A DNA stretch of 64,000 bases from NCBI RefSeq assembly GCF_037042905.1, contig NC_087245.1, positions 25,422,001-25,486,000 of the forward strand, read 5' to 3'. A model generated the notes under the pieces. The model was not told where the DNA came from. It saw nothing but the letters and a program-made list of their open reading frames with translations, and made no database searches. Both the position numbers and the translations under genes were made by a program. This DNA comes from Lytechinus pictus (Eukaryota). Of the stretch, positions 28,301 through 41,681 are shown piece by piece (the stretch's first letter is position 1; every line of letters starts with the position of its first letter).

Positions 28301-29820
28301 AAAGGAATGACCGATGACAGGAACAAGATAATGAATGAATGAAAGAGAAAAACTATTCTGGTAATGGATTGGTTTGTGTAGCTCCACTTGTGATGTTTAT
28401 AGTATTATTACTCCTCGCGTATGAGTATTTTGATTTATTTGGAGTGTGCATAATTACATGTGAAAAACATTACAAAGATAACACCAACAAAAACAAAATC
28501 TTAAAAATCTATCTAATTATTCTTAATCAAACTGATCAAAGAATTATTGACAATATAGACTCACACCTATTGCCTTTCTGGTATGTTAAACAATTATATT
28601 TAATTTACACTATAGCTTATGCTTTTGCATTCATTGGAAACCACTTTTTTTTTAATATGTTTAATAATAATTATAAAAAAAACAATAATTATAACAAAAA
28701 TTCTAAGTTTATATAGCGCCTATTAAAATATCTAACCTAACTACGTTTTTTTTCAAATTATTACTTGATATCTAAAGTTCATCATAACACCTGTAATCAC
28801 CGGTCTTACTTTCAGACTAAAAGGGGGATGTGCTGACTGGAAAAACGTTCCGTTCACTAAAGTAAAATGTTTCCTTAGATATCTTTATGATCTTGAAATC
28901 ATTGGCAAATAAGACAGTTAAGCCATTTGTTTAAGGCGCCGTTTTAATTAGCACATAACGACGCACGTATGACAGGCCTTTTTTGTGTCATATTGTATCA
29001 ATATCACGAATTCCCTATTTTTAACAACATTATTTATCGTTAGAAAGAGTTTGATAATATCTGTGTTGTTGGTAAAGAAGTCATTCCTATCTTACGGAAG
29101 GCTGGCGTAACCCTCACACAGACCTTTAGCATGGAAATATGAAAGTTTAATCTCTCGCTCATTACACCCAGCGCTATATATGTATATTTAGATATACATG
29201 TATATTTCATATTATATTTACTTACGATGCCGTGCTTAATCATTTTTGCAGTCACCTTAAAATGCAATTGAATTACAAGGGCTGTTTATTAGATTGTACA
29301 ATCAATGCTTTTTTTTTCAAGAGAAATGAGATAAAACTTTTAGAAGGGTAAAAATAACCGAATGTGCTTGGTTAAGAAAAGGTTCTTACAAAAAGGGGAT
29401 GTGCAATTTTTCTGAAAGAAAAAAGTCGCTATTGACTTGCGGTAGAATAAACGATTGGTCAGGTTGCTAGAAACAAAACAAGTTCATTGTAAACTGTCTA
29501 GAACCCACGTTGAACATGACCCCTATTTCAGTTTCGAAAGAATATCTTCTTTCGAAACTGAAAATCGCATTAACGCCTGGAGTTTACACAAGAGGTACAA
29601 AATGTCTTGCTGTCTAATAGGTGTTTATGCTCAACTCAGTTATTGACATTTTCTTTCAATGCTTATCAACTGATATCGTAACTTTTGCACGTAAAGGTGA
29701 ATCATTTTCAAAGGTTAAAATAGGAGCTAGTAAGATTTTACTAGAATATGTGACATAGTTACCACTTTTAAGATATAATCACCTTTATCTCAAAATGTAA
29801 TTTAGTATGATATTACTTAC

Positions 29821-30015
29821 CCTAGTTTGATGTTTGTGCTCCCGCCTTTTCTTTCTCTTTGCCTTTAACAGGCCGGTCGTCTTAGTTTCTTCCTGTTTCC
29901 AGATATTCCGTGGGTCTTTTTTCGTCTTTTTCTTTGCCTGTAGAAGGCCAATTCCCTAACTTTTTTCCGTTCTACTACCACTCTACGATGGTGCAGCATA
30001 CACAAAAAGAGGAAG
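29821..30015 (-). other. Probable non-coding first exon of a minus-strand gene
   Basis: Starts about 25-30 nt downstream of a TATA box (start position approximate) and ends at a consensus donor AGG|GTAAGT (29821/29820). Confidence 0.6.
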
Positions 30016-30029
30016 AGCAAAGCGCGCCA

Positions 30030-30175
30030 AGTTCACGTTTATACAACTCGCTTCCCATGGGAGGTGTGTTCGCCTGCAAAATGACTAGCGCAGTTTTCAA
30101 TTCTCCATTCCCGCCAATCAAACAGGAAGCCACGCCCTTGGTCTATGACGTCAATGTTATATTTGACCAATGAGC
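30030..30175 (-). promoter_or_regulatory. RNA polymerase II promoter cluster
   Basis: TATAAA (minus strand, 30038-30043), CCAAT boxes (30114-30118 and 30167-30171), ETS-like CAGGAAG (30123-30129), GC box CCACGCCC (30130-30137) and a full CRE TGACGTCA (30146-30153), all within 140 bp. Confidence 0.65.
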
Positions 30176-31017
30176 TTGTATTCTTATATTTGGGTTTATG
30201 TTTGGTGGAAATAGGCATGATAGGAGGATGTATACTTTTTTAAGTTCTTTACTTCCGAGTGTTAAAATAGTTTTCCTTAAATTGGAAATGAATTTAGAGT
30301 TCTTAATGTGCATAATGGCACTATAATCATAAAAATCACGTCAAATTCAGAGCATGAACTTAATGATATGAATGACTTACATTGCAAAATACAGTCTATG
30401 TTTTAGGTTTACTGTTTATGTTTCCCATTTCATCAACGGACATACGAATATAAATTATTAGGATTTAGACCATGATCACAATTAGAAGCAAACAGTGATG
30501 CGGACGATACACGTAATCCGAATACAATATACATTATTACCCCCTCCCCCCCAAAAAAAAAACCAGGAGAGCCATTCTTAGGAGTTGATAGTTTTTAGTG
30601 AAATTAAGTGCACGGGGAAACTTTATGGATGGATTAAAATCATTAGACCTCTGTAAAAATGTCACTGCTATTTTACTGGAATCTGAAGATCTCGCCATTT
30701 CAAGAATGCACACGGGCACGAAGGGAAAGTTTCACTTTCCATCCGATTGCTTTTAGATAATCATGATTTTCCATATAATCGCCGAGTTCTATGCACTTTA
30801 AATTTGCATCCCTCATTACCCATTGCACTGCTTTGAAAAAGTGAGTGCACATTTCATAGTCCCGTGAGTGAATCTTGACGACATCAAACAGTGACAGAAA
30901 ATGCATATTCAACTAACGGTGATAACTTGAGAAAAATTGAGGTTCGCGATTATCGAAAATGATGGTGACGATGGTAATAGTTACAAAGATACTAAATTAA
31001 TTTTTCATTTTACTTCT

Positions 31018-31037
31018 CACACACACACACCCTTCCT

Positions 31038-31100
<63 letters not shown>
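31018..31100. repeat. Compound (CA)n(TA)n microsatellite
   Basis: Read directly from the sequence. Confidence 0.9.
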
Positions 31101-31104
<4 letters not shown>

Positions 31105-32077
31105 GTTGCATATAGCTTTGAGAAAGGGTACAGAAGTCGAAAACTTAGAACCAGTCGCTTTGCACCCCTCTCGTTATTCTGTATCACTTTTCACAAGGCG
31201 GCTCGTATCACTTTATTATATGCATACCGTTGTATGAGCAGCATAGTTGATCGACAAACTATGACGAATTAAGGTGTAATTAAGTGGATTCTTCTCCACA
31301 CCAAATACCCCAAAATAGAACAAAACCAGAGAGGGGCCAAACGACCGTTGTCACCGAATGATGAATCTATTTCAAATAAATGTTCCACCATGGAGTATGA
31401 TGATTGGGTTAACAATGTTCCCCCAATCGATCGATGGAGAGTGTACTTTGGGGTGGCAAACAAGTAGGCAACAAGTGTTTGTGAATCGAGGATTGCGTCA
31501 CCGGAGACAAGTGTTCGTCCGCTCTCCGTCTACTTAGCCGAGAAGGCTGCGTTTCGAAATCATATCATAAAGACAAAAAAAGCGATATAATTGAACATTT
31601 AATTCCGGGTATAAGTATTCCTATATTCGTTCTCCGATTTCACTTGTTTTTTGCTGTATGAATTCTACACACAAACATGTTTGTGCTTTTGCGTGCAGGT
31701 GACCTGAATTGTATTAGAGACCAATACTTTTATGGATTCATTTTTGTTTTAAATGATATTAGTTGTGTCTCTTCAAACATGAAAACTATTACACCAAATG
31801 ATTAAAATGAAAATATGAATGACAAATCATAAACGGATATTTTTTTTTCATTCAAATATTCCAAACAATAATTCAATCATCACAAACTTCGTAAAATTAC
31901 CTTACATCAATCAATGAAAGTAACACACACATAATCACACATAGAGAATACGCACCCACCAAGTCACCCACACACGCAAATTCACCCGCGCATTTTAAAG
32001 AGGAAAATTGTTTGTTTGCGTATGTGCTCTTTCATCGATCATGTCGGTACCGTCCTTAATCACTCCATGATGACACT

Positions 32078-33080
32078 TTTGTCTCGCCCACCGGAGGTAA
32101 AGGCGAGACTTAGGGATCCAAATGTCGTCCATCGTCCGTCGTCCGTCCGTCGTCTGTCCGTCCGTCGTCCGTCCGTCACAAACCTTATGATACATAACTC
32201 CGCAACCGTAAGTCACTTTCAACCAAACCTGGATGGAAGATGGACTAGGGGGACCTGCATGTTATGCTGCAGTCTGAGGTCAGGTCACATGGTAAGGTCA
32301 AAGGTCATTTTCAAGTCAACGTTAAAGTTTACATGCAAGAATCTCTTATGACACCTAACTCCGCAACCGTAAGTCACTTTTCAACCAAACTTGGATGGTA
32401 GATGGACTTGGGGGACCTGCATGTTATGCTGCAGTCGGAGATCACATGGTAAAGTCAAAGGTCATTTTCAGGTCAATGTTAAAGTCTACATGCAAGACTC
32501 TCTTATGACACCTAACTCCGCAACCGTAAGTCACTTTTCAACCAAACTTGGATGGTAGATGGACTTGGGGGACCTGCATGTTATGCTGCAGTCGGAGGTC
32601 ACATAGTAAGGTCAAAGGTCACTTTCAGGTCAACGTTAAAGTTTACATCCAAGACTATCTCATGACAACTAACTTCGCAACCGCAAGTCACTTTTCACCC
32701 AAACTTGGATTGAAGATGTAGTTAGGAGACCTGCATGTCATGCTGCAATCTGAGGTCACATGGTAACCGTAAGGTCAAAGGTCATTTTCAGGTCAACGTT
32801 AAAGTTTACATGCAAGGCTCTCTTATGACACATTACTCTGCAACCGTAAGTCACTTTTCGACCAAACTTGGGTTGTAGGTGTACTTAGGAGACCTGCATG
32901 TTATTGTGTTCGGAGGTCACATGGTATGGTCAAAGTTCATTTTGAGGTCAACATTAAAGTTTATGGGCAAGACTCTTATGACAAGTGTTATTCCATCCCA
33001 GTCATTTCACAATTAAGTTTTGATACAATTCTGGTTATTTTCATAAGTGGGCGAGACACAAAATCGCTTATGTCTTGTTT
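32078..33080 (+). mobile_element. Non-autonomous Helentron/HINE-type (DINE-1/Tsp/pearl-like) element with internal tandem array
   Basis: T-rich insertion site; 5' subTIR TGTCTCGCCC with nearby inverted copy GGCGAGAC; (CGTC)n microsatellite at 32123-32178; five ~157-bp repeats; 3' subTIR GGGCGAGACA (33049-33058); short terminal hairpin then TT. Confidence 0.8.
32184..32985. repeat. Tandem array of ~157-bp units (5 copies plus a partial sixth)
   Basis: Units begin CTTATGA...TAACTCCGCAACCGTAAGTCACTTT at about 32184, 32345, 32502, 32659, 32822 and 32976. Confidence 0.95.
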
Positions 33081-35854
33081 ATAATATGGATCAGAATTCT
33101 TTTCATGAAATACATTATATTAGTCTATTTTTCATTCTTCAGTTATTGACAGAAATACTATCAATGATCTTTTTTCACTCTACATCTGAGAACATTGAGA
33201 AAGAATATTTTCCTGAAAGGTAGTACAAAATCAAAGCGCGGTGAAAAGGTATTACATAATACACGGCCAGAGCAGAAAAGACTTCATGTGATATAATGTG
33301 AAACATACTTATATTTGTCTTGAAGCTGAAAACGGCTCCGTGTCAATAATTCAATATTCACGACGTATACATGGATAGAAATTAGTATTCAGAATTGTCT
33401 TGGTTAATAAACTGACACGTCTGCAATTCTATGTGAAATTTATTCTCACCTTCCTTTTAGCGTCTGTTCTATTCAGCGTTTTAATCAAGTCTATGACACA
33501 TATTTCTTGAGGGCTAACACCTTGAGTGTTCAGGCTACAAGGCTGTCGTCCCTGTTGGTTTCTGAAACTGTTGAAATGTAGTCCCTTGAATTTATTTCAG
33601 TTATGTAGGGATAAGTCAAACATGGTTGATAATATTTAAAACAATGACACACTTTCGTGACAGAGGACAACACTGGAGTTTCGCTCTTAACTAATGTTTT
33701 CTGGACTTGTTTTGGCAAGCATTTTATAGGGGAGAATTCATCATAAGGCATGGAAGAGAGTTTAGAAGTACCAACACTTGCGTTTTGTTTGTAGATTATT
33801 TTGTTGTTGTTGTTTACGATCATAATCGATTATAGCATCGCCCGTTTACATTATCCATGACTGAAGTCATGTCTGTGTTCTGATTTATTATTTAGTTTTT
33901 GCTTAACACTGTAGTGATCATACGTTATTAATGTTCATGGCGTTTGTTGCTGCTTGGTAAGTTTGTACTTTGATAACCATTGGAATAGTTCATTTATATT
34001 TCCATACATGCATCTACATCTACACCTACACGAGTTCTAGCTCTCACTATCTATTTTGGGGAATTCCCCATGGACTCTATAACAACTTTTTCAGTTATAT
34101 TGATATATTTTACTTTTTGTATTCCATCTTGTCTTTTGCAAATAAATATTCAACATTGTTCTAGAATCTTGAGTTTCAGCTATACTTCATATTTGGGACA
34201 GCAATAACTTGAAGACCATTATATAATCACCCCATTTTGAAATTAAATAAATATCATGACAACAAACAACACTGATAATCCCTTATCCTTTTTCTATCCC
34301 TCCCATTTGAATAAAATCTGGGACAGCTAGTATAATATTCTTAACTTGCCCCTATATATGCCTCTCGCATCAATCACAATTAGTTAGCCGAACTGTGTTT
34401 GAAATTAAATTGTGAAAACCAGGGAATACTTGGACATTAGGGAAGGTGAAGGAACTTTGGCGTTCTCTAATTCAAGTCCCTTGATATGTAGCATCAGTCG
34501 AGGTCAGTCTTGATAAGAAGTGAAAGATAGCAACATTAGCACTTCAACCTTTTTTTGTGCCTTAGAATGGACGACCGAAAGTAAGTTTTTTTAGTCTTGT
34601 TGTTGTTGACATTGCCGACAGATACAATTTATATAGTATGCCTTTGTTCTGATAAAAATGCTAATAAAAATGATCCATGGTTTAAGGGCGCATATATCTG
34701 TTTATCTTGATACCGAAGGTGCTCAAAGCAAAATGAATTAGGAATACTTTATCATATAGATAAACCACAAAACAAATACCAAGAAATTCGGTTAATTGTT
34801 AAACTATTGACAAGAACGGAAATATAATAAAATATCTAGTTAGTTCTTTGACGTCTTGTGGAAGAGATCTGATTTTTAGAAAATCAATTTAATTTCCAAC
34901 TGGAATTGATTTAATAAATACGAGGCTCCTGTGGAGGAAGACCCTAGCCCTTACCCTCAGACTTCCTGAAACTGCTTCGTATTTCTCTCCAACAGATCAC
35001 GTCTAGACAATGTCTATATCTACCATGTCTACAGCAGTTGTGTTACGTATATCTGTGATTAATGACACCAAATTAATAATGAAATAGAACACCTCTGCAG
35101 ATACACGAAACTAATAATAAACACAGGCACTGCATATAATAGAACAAAGAAAACATCCCACTTATACATTCATATACACGCACACACGCACGTCACTCCC
35201 CCACACGTACATGACGTATATAAACACACATTTCATATGTGTATCGATCCCAATTTCGTAGATCCGAATCGTTTTATCCTTTCTTACATGCTAGAACAAA
35301 ATGTCCCCTTTTTTCTAGCTAATCTCCATCAATCGTTTTTATTTCTTTCAATTGATACATTTCGATTACTAATTCATTTATCATTTTGTTTGATATGATT
35401 TGGTGTAGGAAATAGAATGCGGAAAAGTCAGTTTGATTGTGTATTGCCATCACCTACGGACGTACCTCTGCATAATCAATCAATTCCAAGCCGGTACGAA
35501 TTCATCTTGATAGCCGCTGTGTTACCTGTCAATATAATCATGTGTTTGTTCATCACATATTACTTACCCCCACAGATAGGTAATGTTTGACACAAGAGAA
35601 TTATGATTCGCAAGATTACTATCGGCATGGCAACCACATAATGCCAATGCACTGTTGTTAAAAAATGCATGAAATTGTACTGTTATTTTTCACCATGAAC
35701 TTTAAAAGAAATATACGATATATCTTGCCATTAAGAAATATCTTTCATTGTAAAAGTATTTAACAAATCACGTCAAAATATGTGTTAACTAGCCTACCAG
35801 CTTACCTTGCTGCTCTTTTTACTGCAAAATATATATGAAAAATGTTGCCATGGC

Positions 35855-36900
35855 AAATGCTAATCTTCACCGGATTAGATGAATATGGAATGCTAACTCT
35901 AAAATTGAAAATGCGTGAACGTGGACAACGAATAATTATAGTCTTTGAGAAAATGAGCACTGAAAGTTGTTCTATTTTTAAAGGACAAGCCCACCTCAAC
36001 AAAAAGTTGATTTGAATAAAAGAGAAAAATCCAACTAGCATAACACTAGAAATTCCATCACAATCGGATGTAAAATAAAAAAAAAGTTATGACATTTTAA
36101 AGTTTGAAAATGCTGATCTTCACCGGCTGAGATGAATGTGGAATGCTAAAATCTGAAATTTAGAATGTGAAAAAAAACTTTCATTCTTGTCTTTGAATGA
36201 ATTATTACTGACAGTTGTTCTTATTTTGAAAGGACAAGCACACTCTAACAAAAAGTTGATTTTAATAAAAAGAGAAAAGTTCAACAAGCATAACATTTGA
36301 AATTTTCTATAAACAAGAAGTAAAATAAAAAGTGATGACGTTTTAAAGTTTCAATTAATTTCACAAAAAAGTTATACGCACATCGTCGTCGGTATTCAAA
36401 TGAGGGGACTGATGATGCCATCTACTCACTATCCTTTTGTATTTTATCACATGAAATATAAGATATTATCATTTCCTCTTCATCGTGATGTGAAACAAAA
36501 ATTTATTCCTCTCTGAACATGTAGAATTACCATTGTTTTAAGATTATATGATTCAGTCAAGTTGGTCTTAAAAAAAATAAATATTGACAATTCATACAAT
36601 GAAAAAAAAAAGAAATATCGGGGGACATCTTTGACTCTCATTTGGATGTCAATGGGTTGTGCATAACTAAGCCAAACTTTAATATGTCATTAAACTTTCT
36701 TATTTTACATCTGATTTTGGTACACCCCATCTAAAAAAGTTGATTTAAATAGAAAGACGTAAGTCGTACAAGTAGAACGCTGAAAATTTCCATCGAAATC
36801 GTATGCAAATAAAGATTATGCTTTTCAAAATAGTCATTAGCAAAACATAGTGATATGCAAATAAATGAGCACACAATGTCCCTTTCTCACTTTTCTCTTG
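35855..36900. repeat. Cluster of Kolobok-like element fragments including a ~253-bp tandem duplication
   Basis: AAATGCT(A/G)ATCTTCACCGG...AAAGGACAAGC...AAAAAGTTGATTT is repeated at 35855 and 36108. A third terminal fragment lies at about 36722. Confidence 0.6.
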
Positions 36901-37004
36901 TATTTCATTGTTTGAATTAAACAAGTTTTTGGCATAATTGGTAATATCATAAAGGAGACGCCTCAATAAAGTTAAAGTTACAACAATGGCAATGTTGAGG
37001 TATA

Positions 37005-37489
37005 CAGTGCGTCCCACAAAAAATGAAACCCGTTTTCGGAGATAGATTTCACAATATTATTAAATATGTTTTTACTAGTAATTTGACACTTATAATAAGA
37101 ATGGAATCTCATCTTTAATTTGAGACATGCAGCGTAGAAAATCATTCACGTATGGCAGATTACGAATAATAAAATTTGAAGCATATCAGAAACGATTTGC
37201 GCAGAAATTGAATCTGAATCTAGGGATCACTCAAAGAAATGCCTTTGAGCCAATCGTCGAATTAGCACCCTCGTCGTATCACGAACCAATCTAGTACAAT
37301 TTTCTGCGCAAACTGATTTCGACATTTAAATTTTTAACGCGTTTTGCTCATTAATGCATGAACTGTTCGTCTCATATTAGGTATCAAAATATAGAGGAAT
37401 AAATAACTTGTACGATGATGTAAATGAAATATCCTAATTAATTTGCCTTTGAAGAAAAAAGACATGGCAATCCCGATTTCCTTTTTTTT
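37005..37489. mobile_element. Tc1/mariner-type MITE, second copy with truncated right end
   Basis: TA|CAGTGCGTCCCACAAAAATGAAACCCGTTTTC; colinear with 24825-25326. Confidence 0.8.
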
Positions 37490-37757
37490 ATCAATCTCCC
37501 TTTCACATTATAATGTGTACATTAAAGTATTTCATATTTCATATCAAAATAATCCTCTGTCCCACCATCAGCAAAGAAATAATGAATAGATGATGTCACC
37601 AGTTCCCTCATTTGCATATTGACATAAGAGGTCAATTCTGAGGAATTGCAACTCAAAATCGATTGAACCACATGAAGGGAAAGAAAGTTCTTCCCCAGTG
37701 ATATACTCCCTCTCCCTCTCCTTCTTTATTTTTATCTTAACTTGATATTATGAAATA

Positions 37758-37979
37758 CACAGTAAAAACGCTGTTTAAGATTTTATACAACGATGTTTAC
37801 TATTATTATGAACCTTACAGTATTTGTTCAACCGTTTAAACAATCATGTTTAATTGATTGAAGATTAGATATTGAAAATTAAACGTTGTTGCTTAAGATT
37901 TAAACACTTGTTTAAACTGTTTAAACAGTTACTGTAAGATTCATATAGTAAACAGCGTTGTATAATTTTGTTTACTGTG
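37758..37979. mobile_element. Fold-back MITE with TA TSD
   Basis: TA|CACAGTAAA ... TTTACTGTG|TA, with long imperfect inverted arms. Confidence 0.75.
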
Positions 37980-39117
37980 TAGAAAGTGTGGCAACCTTTC
38001 ATTCTAATATAGAAGAAAACGCTAAGTTGAATTGATGAACTTATGTATGAAAAGTTTTTAAAAAATCGATTGATCTTGGAAGGCCGACCTTCGTGGAAGA
38101 AGAAAACAAATCTGATTTGCCCTTCCTGAACGATCCATGCCACGAACCCGAAGGAAAGATAATAAATATATGCAATATTCCATCGTGTTTTATTCTGCGG
38201 TGATAGGCACTCTCCTAATCAAAATAAGATCTTGGTTGGTTTCAATTTGATTCAATTATGTGTAAGAAGGATACGCCTGATGTAAGGCGAGAACCCAGTC
38301 CCCACTCAGGTTCCTATTGGCGTCAAGTTCTGGGACTAATTGTTCAGTATTGCTGCGACCCACAATGCTCTTCCACTGGGGCATCAACGAATATTTTGTT
38401 TTGAGGGGATGTGGTATTGAGTTGATTTTAAGGGTGATAGACCAACTCGAATTCAAATTCCTACTATTAAAATATTCCCGCGTGATCGAGAGCTGGCTAG
38501 ACACTTTGCTACGGTATAGGCCTACTTCGTTTAGGAAAAGACGATGATATGTTTAGGCACAGCTATTGGATGTGATATGATTTCATACTGCTATCACTAT
38601 CCGTTCCCCCACCGCCCCACTCTCACTCTGTGCATCGTTCTCCTTCACTTCCCGCTATTGCATCTATGCATTGTGACGTAATTGCATGATGAACGATCAT
38701 TAAATGTAATTCAATAGCGGGAGTCATTGGGTTAAGCCCTCGCACTTTCGATTTCTTGTTCCATCTTCGATATCTCAAAAGACGCATGATGGAGTCCCTG
38801 CCCTCGATCTATTTTCTGACTCGTTTACTTCCGTTATGGCACACTTGAACTGGATGACCGATGAAGTCAAATGATTCCGTATTTTTTCCAACTGAGCGGT
38901 GGCATGCATTATCTTTGTACCATCATCTTTCTCTCCTTTCATTCTTTTTTTTAATGATTTTATGTTACAGTATGATTATTTTGGATGGTTGATGATTTTA
39001 TACATGTGATATTTTTGCTGTTAAGTAAATATATATTTTTTCATTCCGAGAAATGTCGATCTTTCATTATTTCATGGGTAAAAGTATAAACAAACAGATA
39101 ATTTGAAAAGACATTTA

Positions 39118-39515
39118 GGGTGATTCCATACGTGTCGTACGGGACATTTTGACAACAATTTCTAGTTTCCTAGCCGAATGCTTGGGCAATAAGATATTCT
39201 TTTTGTCAAAATGATAAAGCTATAGTGGGGAGACATGTGAAAAACTAATAACCAACACAAAAAATTGATTATGGGTAAATTATAAGTGAAAATGTTGTGT
39301 GTCGTACGGGACGCAGAAATGTCCCGTACGACACGCAACATTTTAAGCTCTAATTCACCTATGGACAACATATTTTTGTTGGTTGTCAGTTTTTTGCATG
39401 TCTACCCAGTAGTACTTTGATATTACCACAAAGCAAATTGAAGTTCTTTGTTCGTTTGGACAGCAGGTTAAAAAATGTTGTGAAAATAGCTGATTTTTCT
39501 AGCATGGAATCGCCC
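39118..39515. mobile_element. PIF/Harbinger-like non-autonomous element with internal hairpin
   Basis: Termini GGGTGATTCCA / TGGAATCGCCC in TTA-like context. The motif GTGTCGTACGGGAC occurs three times. Confidence 0.65.
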
Positions 39516-40539
39516 TTTAGAAGATCCACCTCGGGATTTGAATTATATAGATGTGTATATAATGAGGGTGTGATGGTGGGTGTGGGTGAGTGTGTGTTCA
39601 GTGGTTGGTAAATATTTTGGTAGACTGTTAACACGGACTGGATATTTTTAAGTTTTGTTGTTTTAATGAACGCTTTTCAACCCATGGATTGATGAAACTA
39701 ACTATTAATCATCATCATCAACATTTCAACTCATTACAGCGACTCTTATTATTCATCGTGTTTCATCATCAATTTCATCATCGCCACCATTGTGGACATT
39801 AATTTAAGGAACCTTTGCCAGCCAACTTGGATATATATATCATTTGGAATATACATTTGTGGACTAATCAGAACTGACACTTAGAGAGATGTAAGATCAT
39901 TATTTTTGTTTTGTTTAGTGTATGATTGGTATATTTCCTGTAATAAAAAAAAAAGGAAATCGAATTCAAAACTAAATTTGCATTGTTATTTGTTGCAGTA
40001 TCGTCTGCTGTCTTCGGCCTGAGGATGATGTTTGTTTGAGAGCGAATGACAAGTTCAAGTTCACCATGCCTGTGAAGTAAGTTACGATACCTATAACGGA
40101 GTGGGACCAATGATCGCTCCAAGCCTTCTCTTGATATAAAGACGTTCATAATTTCGTCTTGAGAATACCTTTGCGTTTAACTGCTACCTCATTTAGCCCG
40201 GGGAAGTAGGGTACTTGTTTAGCCCCTTGCGCCAGGATGAATGGTCAGTAGAAACACGTTCTTTCGATTTTCAGATAGTTTCTCCGGATAGTTTCTTGGG
40301 GCCCATTGTGACTGTTTGTGGTTTGATTGGGGGAAAAATAGTAATAAATACCCTTTCCTAATGTGGATATCAAATGAAGTCGTAACATCCCTCCCAATAA
40401 GAAAGAACTTTTATATCACGATATACTTTCTTCATATTTTGCAGGGAAATCATTTCTTTGAAGGTCAGATAAGGGAAGTGAATTCCTGCCTCCTCCTTGA
40501 CCTTAAATAATCACAATAAGTACCGTCGGAATTCGTAGA

Positions 40540-41573
40540 TGATTTTTATGATACGTGTGACCAAGTTGCGCTTTTAATTGAGGAAATAAAACATCAACAC
40601 AAAATGCATGATTCTTGTAAATAGGTCCATGGTGTGACATATATTTAACGTGTTCAAGTATAAATAGAATTTTGACAAATAAATGCGCGCTGACGTCACA
40701 ATGGATGAACAGGTGATTAATTAGCTGTGGGTATGAGCTGATTTTTCTCATCATCTGCACTCTAACTGCAGATCCGATGCGTTATTTTATGAAGCTAAAC
40801 AAAATGAATTATTTCATGGACCATTTTTAAAAATATCTCTACAATTTCAAAATACTTTACTCTGCAGTGCTGCCAAAAATCACGATTATGACCCCGAGAT
40901 TGAATGAATGGTAGAGTGGTTTTGATTTTTTTCTTCACATAGATACAAAGCATTTGGCGCATTTTTGGTGTTTTAAAAAGCACATTCGCTCTAATAAAAA
41001 TGCTGATAGTTTGAAAACAAGCACATGAACCCCTATTTTTTAATGTTTGCACCTCTTAGGTATACCTTCCTCTACAACTTTGCAAATTTTGGTGAAAATG
41101 ACATGGATTTTGAATAAAGTGCAGCATTTATTGTACTTTTGTAGTTTGTTATTGAAATTTCACATTTTTTAGATTGGGTTTTTGTTATCTTTTACACCAT
41201 TTTCAAGAACTGACAGTGCTGTTAGACTTAAAATTGCTAACAATAAATAGCACTATGAATAGATTCTCCATTCTAACGATATAATTATTAACTCTCCTGC
41301 GAAATTTGATGACCTTTTCATGTTTTTTGACGGAGTAATAGAGGTTTAAACTCATTGTAGTGATATTGCGAGGTCTAAAAATGCCAAATTCTTTTGAATG
41401 CTTAATTCTTAAGAACATCCAGTTGGGTGAACTTTGAAGCTCTATAGCAAAAAATCAAGCACATGGACCTATGTTAATTTTTGCATATTTCGAATATTCA
41501 GGTTCTAAAGTATCTATGTGCAAAGTTTGGTGAAAGTGACATGGATTTCACTTTAACTGTGGAACGTCCTTAA
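40540..41573. mobile_element. Probable DNA transposon remnant (Kolobok-like right end)
   Basis: Ends in CTGTGGAACGTCC|TTAA and has an internally repeated TGCAAA(T/G)TTTGGTGAAA.TGACATGGATTT. Left end not defined. Confidence 0.35.
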
Positions 41574-41641
41574 ACATGAAAGTACTTAAAGATGAATGAC
41601 TCTTAATTGAGAATTCAGACTATCACTTTGAAATATATATG

Positions 41642-41681
<40 letters not shown>

